Of a DNA stretch of 64,000 nucleotides, positions 27,701 to 40,278 are shown piece by piece; position 1 is the stretch's first letter; the number at the start of each line of letters is the position of its first letter. Both the position numbers and the translations under genes were made by a program. The stretch is from NCBI GenBank assembly GCA_040954595.2, contig CM082594.2:8067573-8131572 (forward strand), read 5' to 3'. Source of the DNA: Balanoglossus misakiensis. Lineage: Eukaryota; Animalia; Hemichordata. The notes under the pieces were generated by a model. It was not told the DNA's origin, did not search any database, and saw only the letters and a list, made by a program, of their open reading frames with translations.

Positions 27701-30700
27701 CACCAGAATCTATATTGATGAAAATTACAGTGCCCTTTCTTTAACAGATTTGTGTTATTTTTGTTTTGCAGTGTGCGATTCCTTCCATACTGACTCGACC
27801 AGTGACATGTACGACTATCGCTTTGTCTCGTCACCCGTTTCTTCGAGCCGACTGAATTTCGACGTGAAAGCAGCCAGCGATGTCCATATCGCCCTCACAG
27901 AAAACAACTACGCCGCTGATCCGTTGTACGAGATAGTGATTGGCGGCTGGTCCAACACTCAGTCGGGAATTCGCCGCTGTGCCATGTGCGGTCTGGAAGT
28001 CAGCGCCGATACAGTCGACATCTTGTCAGATAGTGAGTTCCGATCCTTCTGGATCATCTTTGACAACGGGAAGATTTCGGTCGGAAGAGACGGAGAGGTG
28101 GCCTTCATGGAATGGCAAGATCCCAATCCGCTGCCGGTAAATTACGTCGGTTACACCACTGGATATGGTAGTAGCGGAGACTTCATTTTGTGCACGCAAA
28201 ACTCTGGTAAGAATATGTCCATCTATATCTGACCAGCAGCTGTCATTGTCATTCATTCATTCATTCATTCATTCATTCATTCATTCATTACAAATTAATC
28301 TGATAGCTACTGGCCTACATGCATTATACGTAAATAAATTCTTATCACTCCCACTTTCTGAATTTCACCCAACAGATGACAGTCTGATATGGACGGGCAT
28401 GAATGATCTCCGAACCCAGATGACATTTGAATGGAGTGATCTGACTGAGGTCACCTTCACTCGCTGGAATAATGGTGAACCAAACAATTTTGAAGGTCGG
28501 GATGAAGACTGTGTTAACATGTTTATTGAAGTGAGTAGCACTTTTCTTTAAAAAAGGGGAAATATTAAAATGACTTTTAATAATCAGATATTTAATATAA
28601 GGCAAATTATTTTTTGTTTAACGTGTTTCACATTAATTTATGTGTTTTTTTTGTAATTATTTCTGCAGGGTAACAGCGCTGGATATTGGAACGATGAACG
28701 CTGTTTCTACAGCCATAAATCTGTTTGCAAGAAACCAAAACAGGTTCTGCCAGCATCAACACCATCCTCTGGAGACTGTGGAGTTGTAAGATAATTAATT
28801 TGTCTGTCTTTCTGTCTGTGCAATTAAAAATGTTCTCAAATCCATTTGCTGATTAACCTGCATTCCATTCTCTTTCAAACTACTTACAGAAGGGGCTGAT
28901 TTTACATGATTATGAGTAAGACACGACATTCTCTTTTTTAGGGTTGGTATACACAAGGCCATTCCTGCTACAGATTTTTATCCGACCAGATTACATGGAA
29001 TAAGGCAGAACAACAGTGCAATACCATGGGTGCTAACTTGGTCGCCATCAATGACAAGTAAGCCTACACAGATTCTATCACACATTTATAATCAAACAGC
29101 TTCAGTCTCAGGGTATACCTCTGGGTAAATGAATTGAAGTGCAGCCTTATCCATACTGACCAAGTCGAATCATAGATTGCATTATATGAAAACACTTCTG
29201 ACAACATCTACTTCTGTGAGTGATCATATTCTCACTTTAAACTAATATTTCTTGAATGTGTATTATCTTTTAGTGTTGAACAAGCTTACATTACCAGTAA
29301 ATTGGGATTATTCGGAGATGGTGGCACTTGGTACTGGCTCGGTTTGACTGACCTGAGCTCTCCAGGGCAGTTTACGTGGTCTGATGGTGACCCTGTTACA
29401 TACACACACTGGGACGATTCACAGCCTGGTAAGTCAATCCACATTCGGAAATATAACTTTTGAAATATAACTTGTTTGACAGAAATTGACCTCTGTGTTC
29501 GCTTTTGATTGCAGACCTTTACCAAGGTGACTGCGTGCAAGCTAACACAGGTTCGAATGCCGGATTATGGAGTGTCACCAATTGTAATCATACAAGGCCG
29601 TATGTCTGTGAGAAGACAAGACCTGGCTTTACCAAGCCTCCTGTTGTAGTCCCTTACCCCACCAATCCATCAAATGTCGGTTGTGCCGATGGTTGGCTTG
29701 GTTACGGAACCAGCTGCTTCCTGGTAAAGATCAGTATAATTTCTCTTTTAATTTGATAGAAACTCTTAATTCACAGATTTCTGTTGTATAATCAAATTTC
29801 AGGGTCTGTATATACTAGTAGATTGACCAGTGTGCCACTGTTATTGGCCAGGCTGCCAGTGGTCAGTTCTTGCAGTGCAGGTCAATATATTGGCCAGTCT
29901 GCCACTGTTATTGGCCAGGCTGCCAGTAGCCCGGTTTGCTGGCAGTACAGACAACAAATAAACCCCAAATTTGCATCATCTAAACACACATATCTCCCAG
30001 AAAATCTCTAACATTGCACATGCAAACTAATCCTAACTGCAAAATTTATTTTGTTCTCCAGGCTGTATCAAAAGTTGACGTCAATGAACGACTGTCCTGG
30101 GCCGACGCACAATTAGACTGCAAGAGCAGGGGTGGTGATTTAGCCAGTTTCCATAGTGATGACGAACTCAGATACGTCAAAACGAATTCCCAAGTTGTGT
30201 AAGTTGAGATAAAGTTTTCTTCATAAGAGGCATGGATATGAGTGAAAATTGGGCAAAATAGCATTGGAAATTTTTCACAATTTGTTTGCATAATTATTTT
30301 GGTCGTCAGTGTAATTTTGGGACTTTTGGCTGCATATTAAACTGTGGTTCTCATTTATATATAACCCCTGTCATTTTCATCTGATCTTTAGCAATTTTAT
30401 TGAGGAGTTCTGGATTGGTCTAAATGATCGGGATGAGGAAAATGGTGAGCAACAGTCAGTACTAATCTTCATATGGCAATAAAGCAATGATTTTAAAAAT
30501 ATTAGTGCTGTTTTGGTATATTTTCTTATTTTTGAGTTGTACGAAAGAAGATTTCAGTGAACTGGTAAGGCAGAGTTTTGTTGTTATTGTTCTTAGTATT
30601 TGGAATTCACATCGTCATAGTACTGAGTTACTTGTCATTTTTTCAGGATTTGTATGGACTGATGGCTCTCCTGTTAATTTCGTAAAATGGGACGAGGGAG

Positions 30701-33700
30701 AACCAAACGACAGCGGTGCGGGAGAAGACTGCGTGGAGATGACCTTTGCTGCTCCCAAAGGTTGGAATGACCGTAACTGCGAACGGGAGAAAAACTGGGT
30801 GTGTAAGCTTCCAAAAGGAGTTGCCCCACCAACCAGCATTGTTCCAGCAACTCCGACAAAATGTAAGTTCATATTGATATACTTGCTGATTTTTGCATCA
30901 TTATCACCACAGCACCGCGGGACACAAATCCCCAACTCGTGTGAGAATTGTGATCCCAGGTCCTTGGGAGTGTGAGATTCTATTTAGTCTGTGTCTTTCA
31001 TGTATCACAGCATCAAGTTGCGGAAGTGATGTGGACTGGGTTTACAGCATGGGAGCGTGTTACTACTTCAGTGATCCAGACAGTGATGGTCGTTTGAGTT
31101 GGACAGATTCTCGGGACTTTTGTCTCTCTAAGGCTGGTGACTTGACGTCGATTCATTCGTCAGTGGAACAACAATTTATATATAACCAGGTAAAGTGTCC
31201 ATCACAAGATATATTTCAATGGATTTATGTATATGATATTGAATCACTTGCTTTCTTGGGCTATATAATTCTAAGGCCATATAAATGTATATATCAACAT
31301 CAAAAACTTAAACCCTGCGTTTCATTTATTGGCAGATGCGAGATAAGCAATTGATTACCTCATGGATTGGACTGAGGATGTATTCTACATCAGGAAGCCA
31401 TGCGTATGTACAATAAAATTTTTATTTACCGGTACACCCTATAACCATCGGGTTTCAGATACATGTAAGCATCCAGTGGGGCAAATAATATCCATTGTAA
31501 ACGTCCTTGATCCACATGATTGAATTAACTGATAGAAAATGAAGTCAACATTTGATCTGTTACATTTCAGATGGTCGGATGGTACCCCTGTTGATTACAT
31601 CAACTGGGACGAGGGACAACCTGATGATGCATATGGATCTGAGAAATGCGTGGAACTTCTTGCCACAGGTACAGTGTCATTCAAGCAGTGTATAAGGACC
31701 CATTACAGATCTGAATGTTTCCAGTATACATGCTATAAAATACTTCATAATTTCTACATATTGCATGCACACGAATACCAGTCTGCTCAATGTGTACATC
31801 GTTTTCTACCGTTCATATTTCAGACGGGGAGTGGAATGATCTGAATTGCGGTGATCGCCACACATTCGTCTGTAAGAAACTCAGCTCAGACACCCAACCC
31901 AAGACCGCGGGACCTACCACCCTACCGGACGGAAACTGCCCACCTGGCTTCACAGAGTACAAGAACAAGTGTTACTCCTTCAATGGCGGGGAAGGCACGG
32001 AAAGTTTAGACTGGGACTCGGCAAGAGCTCAATGTGGCACATATGGGGGCGATCTGGCCAGTATTCACAGCCAAGAAATCCAGTGTAAGCTACGGTTTTA
32101 ATTTAGGTCCATAGTTACCCATACAAAACACAGCAAACATGAAAAAAAACTTATCTGTACAAAACTTTTCTAAAATTAACCAAAATGATGAAAGATAAAA
32201 AGAATCATAATTAACAAGACTACGAATCAAAATATTCTCACACTCATATTGTACATTGATTTTGGCATGTTCTTTTTTTTCCAGCATTCCTGACCAGCAA
32301 TTTACGGGACTTCAAGTTTTCCATGTGGATCGGTCTGAGTGACACCATGACGAAGAAGAAATACCGTTGGCAGGACGGATCCGAAGTGGATTACACCAAC
32401 TGGGCTCCGGGTGAACCGAGTGGAGACAGGGAAAATCAGGTTTGCGACTAAATCCTTCTGATCCTTACAGTTTCAAGCCTAAAACTTAATTCACCTTTCC
32501 ACCACCACTGTTAAGTCCAACTCCAGAGTTATCAATCTGGACCTCTATTATTATATTATAGATTGTTATGTACATGTACATGCACTAATTTTAAAACTAT
32601 TTTGTCTTGTACATGTTTAATGGATATAATGTTTCTTGTAGGAACACTGTGTTGAGATGCATTTTGGAGGTTATGGTGGTCAATGGAATGATGCCAACTG
32701 TGCCAACAGACTCGGTTACGTTTGCCAAACATTGAAAAGTGAGTATTCCCAAAACTGTCACCTGTATATCATAATTTCAAACGAGCAAGCTCTTACATAG
32801 TGCTACAACTATTTTCCTGTTGCTATGTTACGTTTTAGGCCAATCGTTCCCCATGCCAACGTCAACACCAAACCCATGCAAAGCAGGCTATGCATACTAC
32901 TGGAACGGTTGCTACAAAATGTACAGTGGTTCCTACACGTGGCAGTCTGCACGAGAGATTTGTCTTCAAGACGAAGCAGACCTCGTCAGCATTGAAGATA
33001 TCTACGAGCAATCATACATTGAAACATACATGTTCAACGCAAAGAGGGAGCTTTGGATTGGTCTCAATGACATTGCTGTGAGTTTGGTTTTCATATTTGC
33101 TCGTTTGTGAGATATTTTTGTGACTTTATAATCAATATCAAAACGCTAGCTCAGATATATTGCTGCCCTCAGGGTAGTTTGGTAGATATACCTTCACTGT
33201 TCAACTCAGTCAAATAACCACATCTACTGATCACCCTTGGCATCATTGGTCTACCGAAGTTGGAAAATAAGATCAATGAATGGAAAAATGTGGAAACATT
33301 CCCAGAGTTTACATATTTGTATTTTTTTTTTCGCTAACAGCAAGCAGGTACCTACGGCTGGAGTGATGGTTCCCCCGTATTCTACACTAAATGGGGAAAT
33401 GGTGAACCCAGTGTGATTTCAGGTGAAGGCTGTGTGATGATTGGCACCGATGGCGGCTGGGATGATACTAAGTGTTCAACGATGACTGGAGCTATGTGCA
33501 AGTACTATGTTGGTAAGTATCATGAATGCATGTAACAATAAGGAAGTCAGTCAGTTTTCCTTCAGAGCTGATACAAGCCAGCACAATTATGATACATGTA
33601 TATCAAAGGTGTGTATCACAACTAGTAACAATGATGACATCATATTAAAGTAATCTCACTTATCTATACTGTATTAAAAAAAGTCACCACTTTTTCACGT

Positions 33701-34987
33701 TTTGCCGACAGGAAGTAAGCCAACGACACCAGCTCCCGTCTCGGGAACCTGTAACTTTGGCAACGCCACCTCCTGGTCCGAGTACCACAAGTATTGCTAC
33801 AACATGGATGGTTTAAGAGATCCCAAGAGCTGGGCCGAGGCAGCCTATGAGTGTGATAGAATAGGCGGTTACGTGGTCACCATTGACGACGCGGATGAAC
33901 AAGCCTACATCGAGAATATCATTTATGAAAATAGTCTCGATATTTGGTTGGGACTGATTAGAACTGATTTGGGTATGTATATGTGGTACAAATAGCAAAC
34001 AATGTGTTGTGTTCATTTCAAGACCATCTGCATGGACCTATTGTCATGTTCTTTGTGTGATTGATTGATTGATTTGACAGGTGGTTTTGAATGGGTGGAC
34101 GGCTCACCGCTCGACTACACAAACTGGAATGAAGGGGAGCCCAACAATTATGATAATATCGAAGATTGTGCGGAAATGTATTTTTTCACCAAAAATTGGA
34201 ATGACGTGAGCTGTTACAACGCAGCTGGCTACATCTGCAAACGAGAGAAGGGTGAGCTCATATTTTCATTACAGACGAAAAATTTGATCATAAGTACGAG
34301 CCAACTCAAAAAGGACCTTAAGTGAAGTTCTCCAGTGTCAATCTTCTTATATGACTATTGTTTTCAAGGTAGTTAAGTTGGAGTTTTCATTATGTGGTTA
34401 TGACTAAATCTACATGTACATGTATGTGGCAACTGAATATGATTATATGACATGATTAACAGCCAAGTCATCTTATCTTTCCCTTTCTTTCACACACAGG
34501 ATATCTTCGAACCATGCCACCTGATGGAAATCCTGACAAGCAAAGCAGTGAGTTACAGTAATCTAACTTTTCAGTTATTCATGAGGAAAAAAAACACAGG
34601 CTGGCGGTCCAGACTCCAGAAAGTAGATGACAAAAATGTTCAAGTGTTAAACCTGAAAACTGGACTGTTCTAATGGTTGATGCTTCAAAGTTGTTTCAGT
34701 TAGATCTCTGTATACAAGTACACGACATCATATATGTTCTTTAAATCTCTCCAGGTGGTCTGTCCGGTGGAGCCATCACTGGTATCGTTCTCGGTGTGAT
34801 TTTGGCGATTGTGGCTGCAGGTGCAGTTATCTATTTAGTGTTTCTCCGCGATGGTTTCCCGACACTGAAGAAGACGTCGTCTGATCCGAGTCCGTCCGTT
34901 GGCTTCGACAACTCGCTCTACACGACATCCCCGTCTATCAGCATCGACGACAAAGTCAAGCTAGGGGCCAGTGATGCGAGCGCATGA
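18775..34987 (+). CDS. Macrophage mannose receptor-like multi-CTLD lectin, copy 2, same architecture as copy 1
   Basis: The signal exon 18775-18823 ([16 protein letters not shown]|[12 protein letters not shown]) is 49 nt, as in copy 1. Exons are colinear with copy 1: PAN exon 26769-27008, FAMeT exon 27772-28206, TM helix [25 protein letters not shown], tail GFDNSLY, stop at 34987. Confidence 0.9.
26618..26710. mobile_element. 85-bp MITE with TTAA target-site duplication (piggyBac-like), in an intron of lectin gene 2
   Basis: TTAA-CCCTTTCACC ... GGTGAAAGGG-TTAA: perfect 10-bp terminal inverted repeat beginning CCC, flanked by TTAA. Confidence 0.8.
26769..27008 (+). other. PAN/apple domain exon of lectin gene 2 (240 nt, phase 1-1)
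   Basis: [35 protein letters not shown]; same length as the copy 1 exon. Confidence 0.85.
27772..28206 (+). other. FAMeT-like domain exon of lectin gene 2 (435 nt, phase 1-1), nested within CTLD6
   Basis: [14 protein letters not shown]...[17 protein letters not shown]...EFRSFWI...[27 protein letters not shown]; same length as the copy 1 exon. Confidence 0.88.
28249..28288 (+). repeat. (TTCA)n microsatellite, intronic
   Basis: About 10 tcat/ttca units downstream of the FAMeT exon. Confidence 0.9.
29825..29929 (+). repeat. ~36-bp direct repeat pair, intronic
   Basis: ccagt(g/c)tgccactgttattggccaggctgccagt occurs at about 29827 and 29894. Confidence 0.8.
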
Positions 34988-35872
34988 TTGAATCATTTAC
35001 TGAATATTTTTTTAGCAGACAGCAATGCAACTTTTAAACGACCCAAGTTTCATAACAAAAAAATTGACAGCATGTACAAGTTTCTGAAATCGGTCTTCTT
35101 TGGGATAGAAACCTTCAGAATTATTTTAACCAACTGTAAGGGTTTTAAAATCAAGGTGGGGATACAATGTATTTATAACATTTCATCAACGATATCTTTT
35201 GTGCCTTTCTGAAAAGACCAGGATTAACTTTTATTAGTGCTGAAATCATCAGCAATGAATCTTTACTTGAAGGTCTGCAAAGAATACTTTTATGTTGCTT
35301 TTTTTTAATTTCTTGTTAATATAGTGAAAAAAGTCATTCTCCAGCCAACAGTTTTCTTAATAATTTTAGTGGAATTGCTGGATTTTATAATGAAATAAAA
35401 TATTTTAAACTTAAATGCTATGCCTGTTTCTTAGAGCTGTATGACTTTTCATCTTTCACGTACCACCACCATTACTCAACTTTCCTATCTCAAATATAGT
35501 TGCCCCCCCCCCCACAAACACACACACAGTTTCGTCTGCAACATACTATTCAAGCTTTCTGGCACAAGTATTTACTTACAAAGGTCGATAATATTAGTGT
35601 AAGCGTTGTGACAGTAAATCAAACCTTATCGTTTCACTTCATCAAAAGCAGGAACCACTGTTTACCGGATCAAAGTTTATTCTGTCATATCGCTTGTCAT
35701 TTATTTTATATAAACATGATAGGTCAGTATTGAACAAACCAGGATTTGCTCATGCGATCAATGACCTCCCCAGCAAATCTGCCCAGCAACTTGGCGGCCA
35801 ATTGTGGTTATTTTTTCAACATAATTGTATAGGAAAATAGTTTTTTTCTCGAATTCAAAATAGCTGAAGAAG

Positions 35873-37181
35873 ATGCAGAGATTGCTGATATTTGCTGCTG
35901 CAATTCTGACAGGTAGGTTTTGTTTAGTTCTTTAGAATTCACTACATTTGTTGATTACAGTGTGCTTTGTAGAGAAATACGCCCCCAATAAGAACAGATT
36001 TCCTCCACAATTTACTAGGGGGGGGGAGACCATGGGGAAAAAAAGCACCAGGAAAACAAAAGAAATCCTCCGGCCCCACCCTGGACGTAAATTCTGAACA
36101 GTCCCTAAGTAAATGCAATATATTTGTTCTAGGGCACATTGTTGGTATCTCAGCCCAGCAAGCTGAATACTGCTACCCGGGAGATGATGACTGGTTGCAT
36201 TTCGACAGCATGTGTTACTTCATCAGTGATTTATCAGGCGTCGCGTGGATGTCCTGGGATGAGTCCAGATCATATTGTAACTCTGTAGGAGGTGAATTAC
36301 TATCTATGCACAGTCCAGAGGAAAACGCTTGGATCTATGCAAATGTAAGTTGGCCAAACGAAACCTACGGTAAAGTTGATGGAAGAGAAAGGGTGTCTGA
36401 TAGCAAGTATTTGCTTGCCCCAGGAGTAAAAAATACCAAAAGAAAATTTAGCAGAGGAATAAAATCATCTTATGAGCTTCCATTGAGCTCTGCCAGAGCG
36501 TTTACCTTTTTATTAAAGGGTTTAGAATTTCGGATATCATTAAACATCACGTCGATTTCTTCATGATGATTTCCACATAAAACACACAGACCTTTAATTT
36601 TACTCAGATAATCGATGTCTATAACAATCAACTGTACATTGGACTCAGAGAATATGGATGGAACGGGATTTATATGTAAGTATAAATAAGTAAAACATAT
36701 CATTAGGTTTATTTATGATATGATGTAAACCATTCCTATATCCACTATTGGACACGATCTGATTTACTTCGCAAATCATACCACTGTCTCAAAAGAAGTT
36801 ATTTACACCGTCAGCCGTGTAAACGTTTCAAAAATGAACTCCCAGTATACTCAAAGTGTGAAAATTGTCCACTTACGCTAATCAACTGTCACTACACGTT
36901 AAACAGTTGGTCAGATGGAACGCCTACAGATTACATCAACTGGAAACCAGGTGAACCTAATGACTATAATGGCGAAGAAGAGTGCGGCACAGTCCTTACT
37001 CATTCAGGTATAATATAAGTGTGTGAGGAGTCTTTTTTGAATAAAGGAAAAAAGAGGAAAACGCGGTTTTCACCACTTTGCATCAACGTGCATCTTCAAA
37101 TTTCAACACGTGGCTCATACATGTATAAGCAAACCAAGAAAATATTGAAGTGCTTTTCCGATAACTTGACATGTTGCTTTG

Positions 37182-37228
<47 letters not shown>

Positions 37229-40200
37229 ACAGATGGTGGTTGGAACGACCAAAACTGCGGCGTTCGACTCCCGTTCATCTGCAAGAAATCCAACCACTCC
37301 GTCACACCTGTGACGTATCCACCCACAACCCCCATGCCTGGTCCCTGTCCGGATGGATGGAGAGAGTTTGAGGGGAGATGTTACGGGCTGTACGGTGTTG
37401 ATGACGTCAGTGACAGACTTGACTGGACTTCTGCACGTAATGTATGTAGGAACGCAGGCGGTGACCTGGCTACTGTCCACAATCAAGAATTGCAGAGTAA
37501 GTCGTAGTTGGCGTAGGCGAACGGTAGAGTTACAAATCAGGGCTTGAAGGGAAAGGGTTAAACCGCTGTTACTGACGTTAAAACAAATAAAGGAAACAGG
37601 TGTTTTAAAGAGTCAGTATCTTTCTCCCAATTTCAGCATTCTTGACGAGTCATCTATGGGCTGCCGATGGTGGCGTATGGATTGGGCTAAGTGATCTGAG
37701 CGCCAAAGGAACTTTTAAATGGACCGATGGAAGCCCAGTAGATTATACCAACTGGGGTTCAGGCCAGCCAAGTTATTCCAGTGTTGTAAGTAAACATGGT
37801 TTATCATAGTCTATAAACTTTGAAGCTAGCTTATTCTACCTGGTAAAGCTTGTGGTTACATATGAATTTTAGTCCGGTATTTGACAGTCAACAATGACAT
37901 CGATGCTTATACAGGCTGTGACGACAAGCTGGGCATGTCAACATGGGTAGAATTAGAAACCAGTCGATGCAAAGAATAAAGTACTACACTGAGCATTATC
38001 AAATGTTACACCTGCTGTCCCTTAACTCAGTCAATATGTGTCAATTAAATCCACAGAGAACTTGCGCGAATGTTTTAAATTATGATAGTCATCATGCTGG
38101 ACTATGGGAGAATGATGATTGCGGTCTGTTAAGAGGTTGGATATGTCAAGGAAGGAAAGGTTTGGTATTAACGTTTTCTTTTATATTAATACGTGGACTA
38201 ATTTTGTAGTTTTTTTCAGTTGAAGCCGTGATTAAACTATTTGCACTTTTCCATTTTCAGATGTTACTCCTGGGGGACCAAATCCTACTTCAGGTATTCC
38301 GTGCATGATGGGATATGAATATTATCGTGATGGATGTTACAAGGTGTCAACTGTCGGTCAGACTTTTGAAGACGCGAAAAGCCAATGTGAGAGAGACGGC
38401 AGCAATCTGGTTAGTGTGATGGACGCCTACGAGCAAGCCTTTATAGAGGCCTTGGTTTTTCAGGCCGGGATGTCGTTGTGGATTGGTATGACGCGAGATG
38501 ACGAGGTGGGTGCACGTGACGCAATAGTTAACCCTTACACCACCGTTTCCGTCTATTATGGTCCAACTTTAACATGGAGAACGGTCGGTTCGGACTAAAC
38601 CATGGTGGTGACGGAGTTAAAGGTGAAATTGGCCAGCAATCTTCACAACTTTACTTGATACTGAATGTTATTCACACAAATAGGTTCAGGAGTACAAGTG
38701 GATCGATGGTGCACCTGTTTTCTTTTCTAAATGGGCCAATGGGGAACCGAGTGGGGATATCAACGATGGATGTGTCAAGTCGACTTTAAGTGGCTGGGAT
38801 GACAGTAATTGCTCTGGAACTACAGGCTACATATGCAAAGTGTACTTAGGTACGTATCCTATGTGGAACAAACACGCGAAACTTTATATTTTACCTCTCT
38901 GTGCAAAAAATGCTGGCTTTTAAAATTATGTTTATATCCGTTGAAGGCGTCATGGAATATGATCACTAGCCTCAAATCATATCTTTTTAGCTAAACCTCT
39001 CAAAATCGGTGTATACTTTGTACATATATACGGACACTAAAATCAACAGTTATTTAATGTATACGTGTTACTTTCCAGTACCTATGCCTACAACACCAGA
39101 ACCCCCAAAAGGCCACTGCATATCTGGCGACTGGATACCGTTCATGACTGATTGTTACTATTTCGGCGGAAAGGACGCCTACGTGGACGCTCCAGAGGCT
39201 CAGTTTGAATGCCATAAACGCAGCGCCAACCTGGCCAGCATACACCATCCCATTGAAAAGGACTTCATCAAGAGACAACTAGGCCCCGACAGAGATGTGT
39301 GGATTGGATTGCTGAGAGGAATAGGTATATTCCCACGTATATCAGACTATAGTCATTTTATGTAATGTATGTATATGTATGTCAAGTGTTTCTACATCTC
39401 AATCGTCAATCTCAATTCTTACCTTAATGCCTGTGTCGTTAAGGCGGCTTTAGATGGATAGAAGGGACACCAATACAGTACACCAACTGGGAACAAGGTG
39501 AACCATCCAGTATGAATGAAGAGTGCACAGCAATGTCAAGGTACAGTGGCGAATGGCGCGATCTCCGTTGCACTTCCAACTGGATGGGGTATATCTGCAA
39601 AACCACAATGAGTAAGTTAGTTGTCTGTGTACCTGGTTGGTAGCAGTGATTGAAAATATCGCGAAGGTAATCAAAATTGTGCACTCAACATTTGATAGAC
39701 TGCAAATCTGTACTGGTGTGGTGGCATGCATTGCTATTCGAGATTTTTCGATACATTTCACGGAGCTTGCTGACTAGATTCGCTATTGAATTAACTTTAA
39801 TGTTAATGTTACATGGACAGTAATGCCAACTCAAAATCCGACTACCCCGGGGGTGCCGCAGTCATCACAGTCTACGGGCAAGATAACCACAGAAAACAAC
39901 AAGCTGCAGACAGAGTCAGAGAAACTACAGGCACATATAAATCAAATTGGTGAGTGAAATTATTGTACGCATTTTAAAGAGGAGTGAAAAATCGCCAACT
40001 TTTAGGATGATTTTGAACGGAATTTCACTCGATTGCCACAAGATATGACCAAAACTAGACGTTGACGCGCACGGTATTGTTTTCTCTCTGTTTCAGACAC
40101 TTCAACGATGGTTCTCATCGGAGTAGTTGCAGTTGTTGTTGTAATAGTGGGAACAATTGCAGCTGTGTGGTTCATAAGGAAAAGAAAATCGAGATTCACC

Positions 40201-40278
40201 GGTGGGGGCAGTATACAGAACGAGGGCAACATTCAAATTATTCGGCAAAGTTTTGAGAATGCTCTGTATTCAGAATAA
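35873..40278 (+). CDS. Short mannose-receptor-like lectin, copy 3: SP-4xCTLD-Ser/Thr/Pro stalk-TM-tail
   Basis: Signal exon 35873-35912 (MQRLLIFAAAILT|AQQAEYCYPG), then approximate exons 36154-36344, 36609-36675, 36907-37007, 37233-37497, 37637-37785, 38056-38159, 38261-38505, 38684-38849, 39079-39323, 39444-39611, 39821-39949 and 40097-40278. TM helix MVLIGVVAVVVVIVGTIAAVWFI followed by RKRK; the tail ends SFENALYSE*. Confidence 0.85.
37184..37228 (+). repeat. (CAT)15 microsatellite abutting a splice acceptor
   Basis: The cat run is followed directly by acag|atggtggttggaacgac (exon DGGWND). Confidence 0.95.
38528..38620. mobile_element. Diverged second copy of the TTAA-flanked MITE, in an intron of lectin gene 3
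   Basis: TTAA-cccttacacc...ggtcca...aaaccatggtggtgacggag-TTAA; same 93-nt span and shared internal words (ggtccaac, aaaccatggtggtga) as 26618-26710. Confidence 0.7.

Noticed and set aside
37019-37507. ORF with a long poly-His run fused to lectin sequence
   Set aside because: The His run is the intronic (CAT)n repeat read through upstream of the acceptor at 37232; the exon starts at DGGWND.
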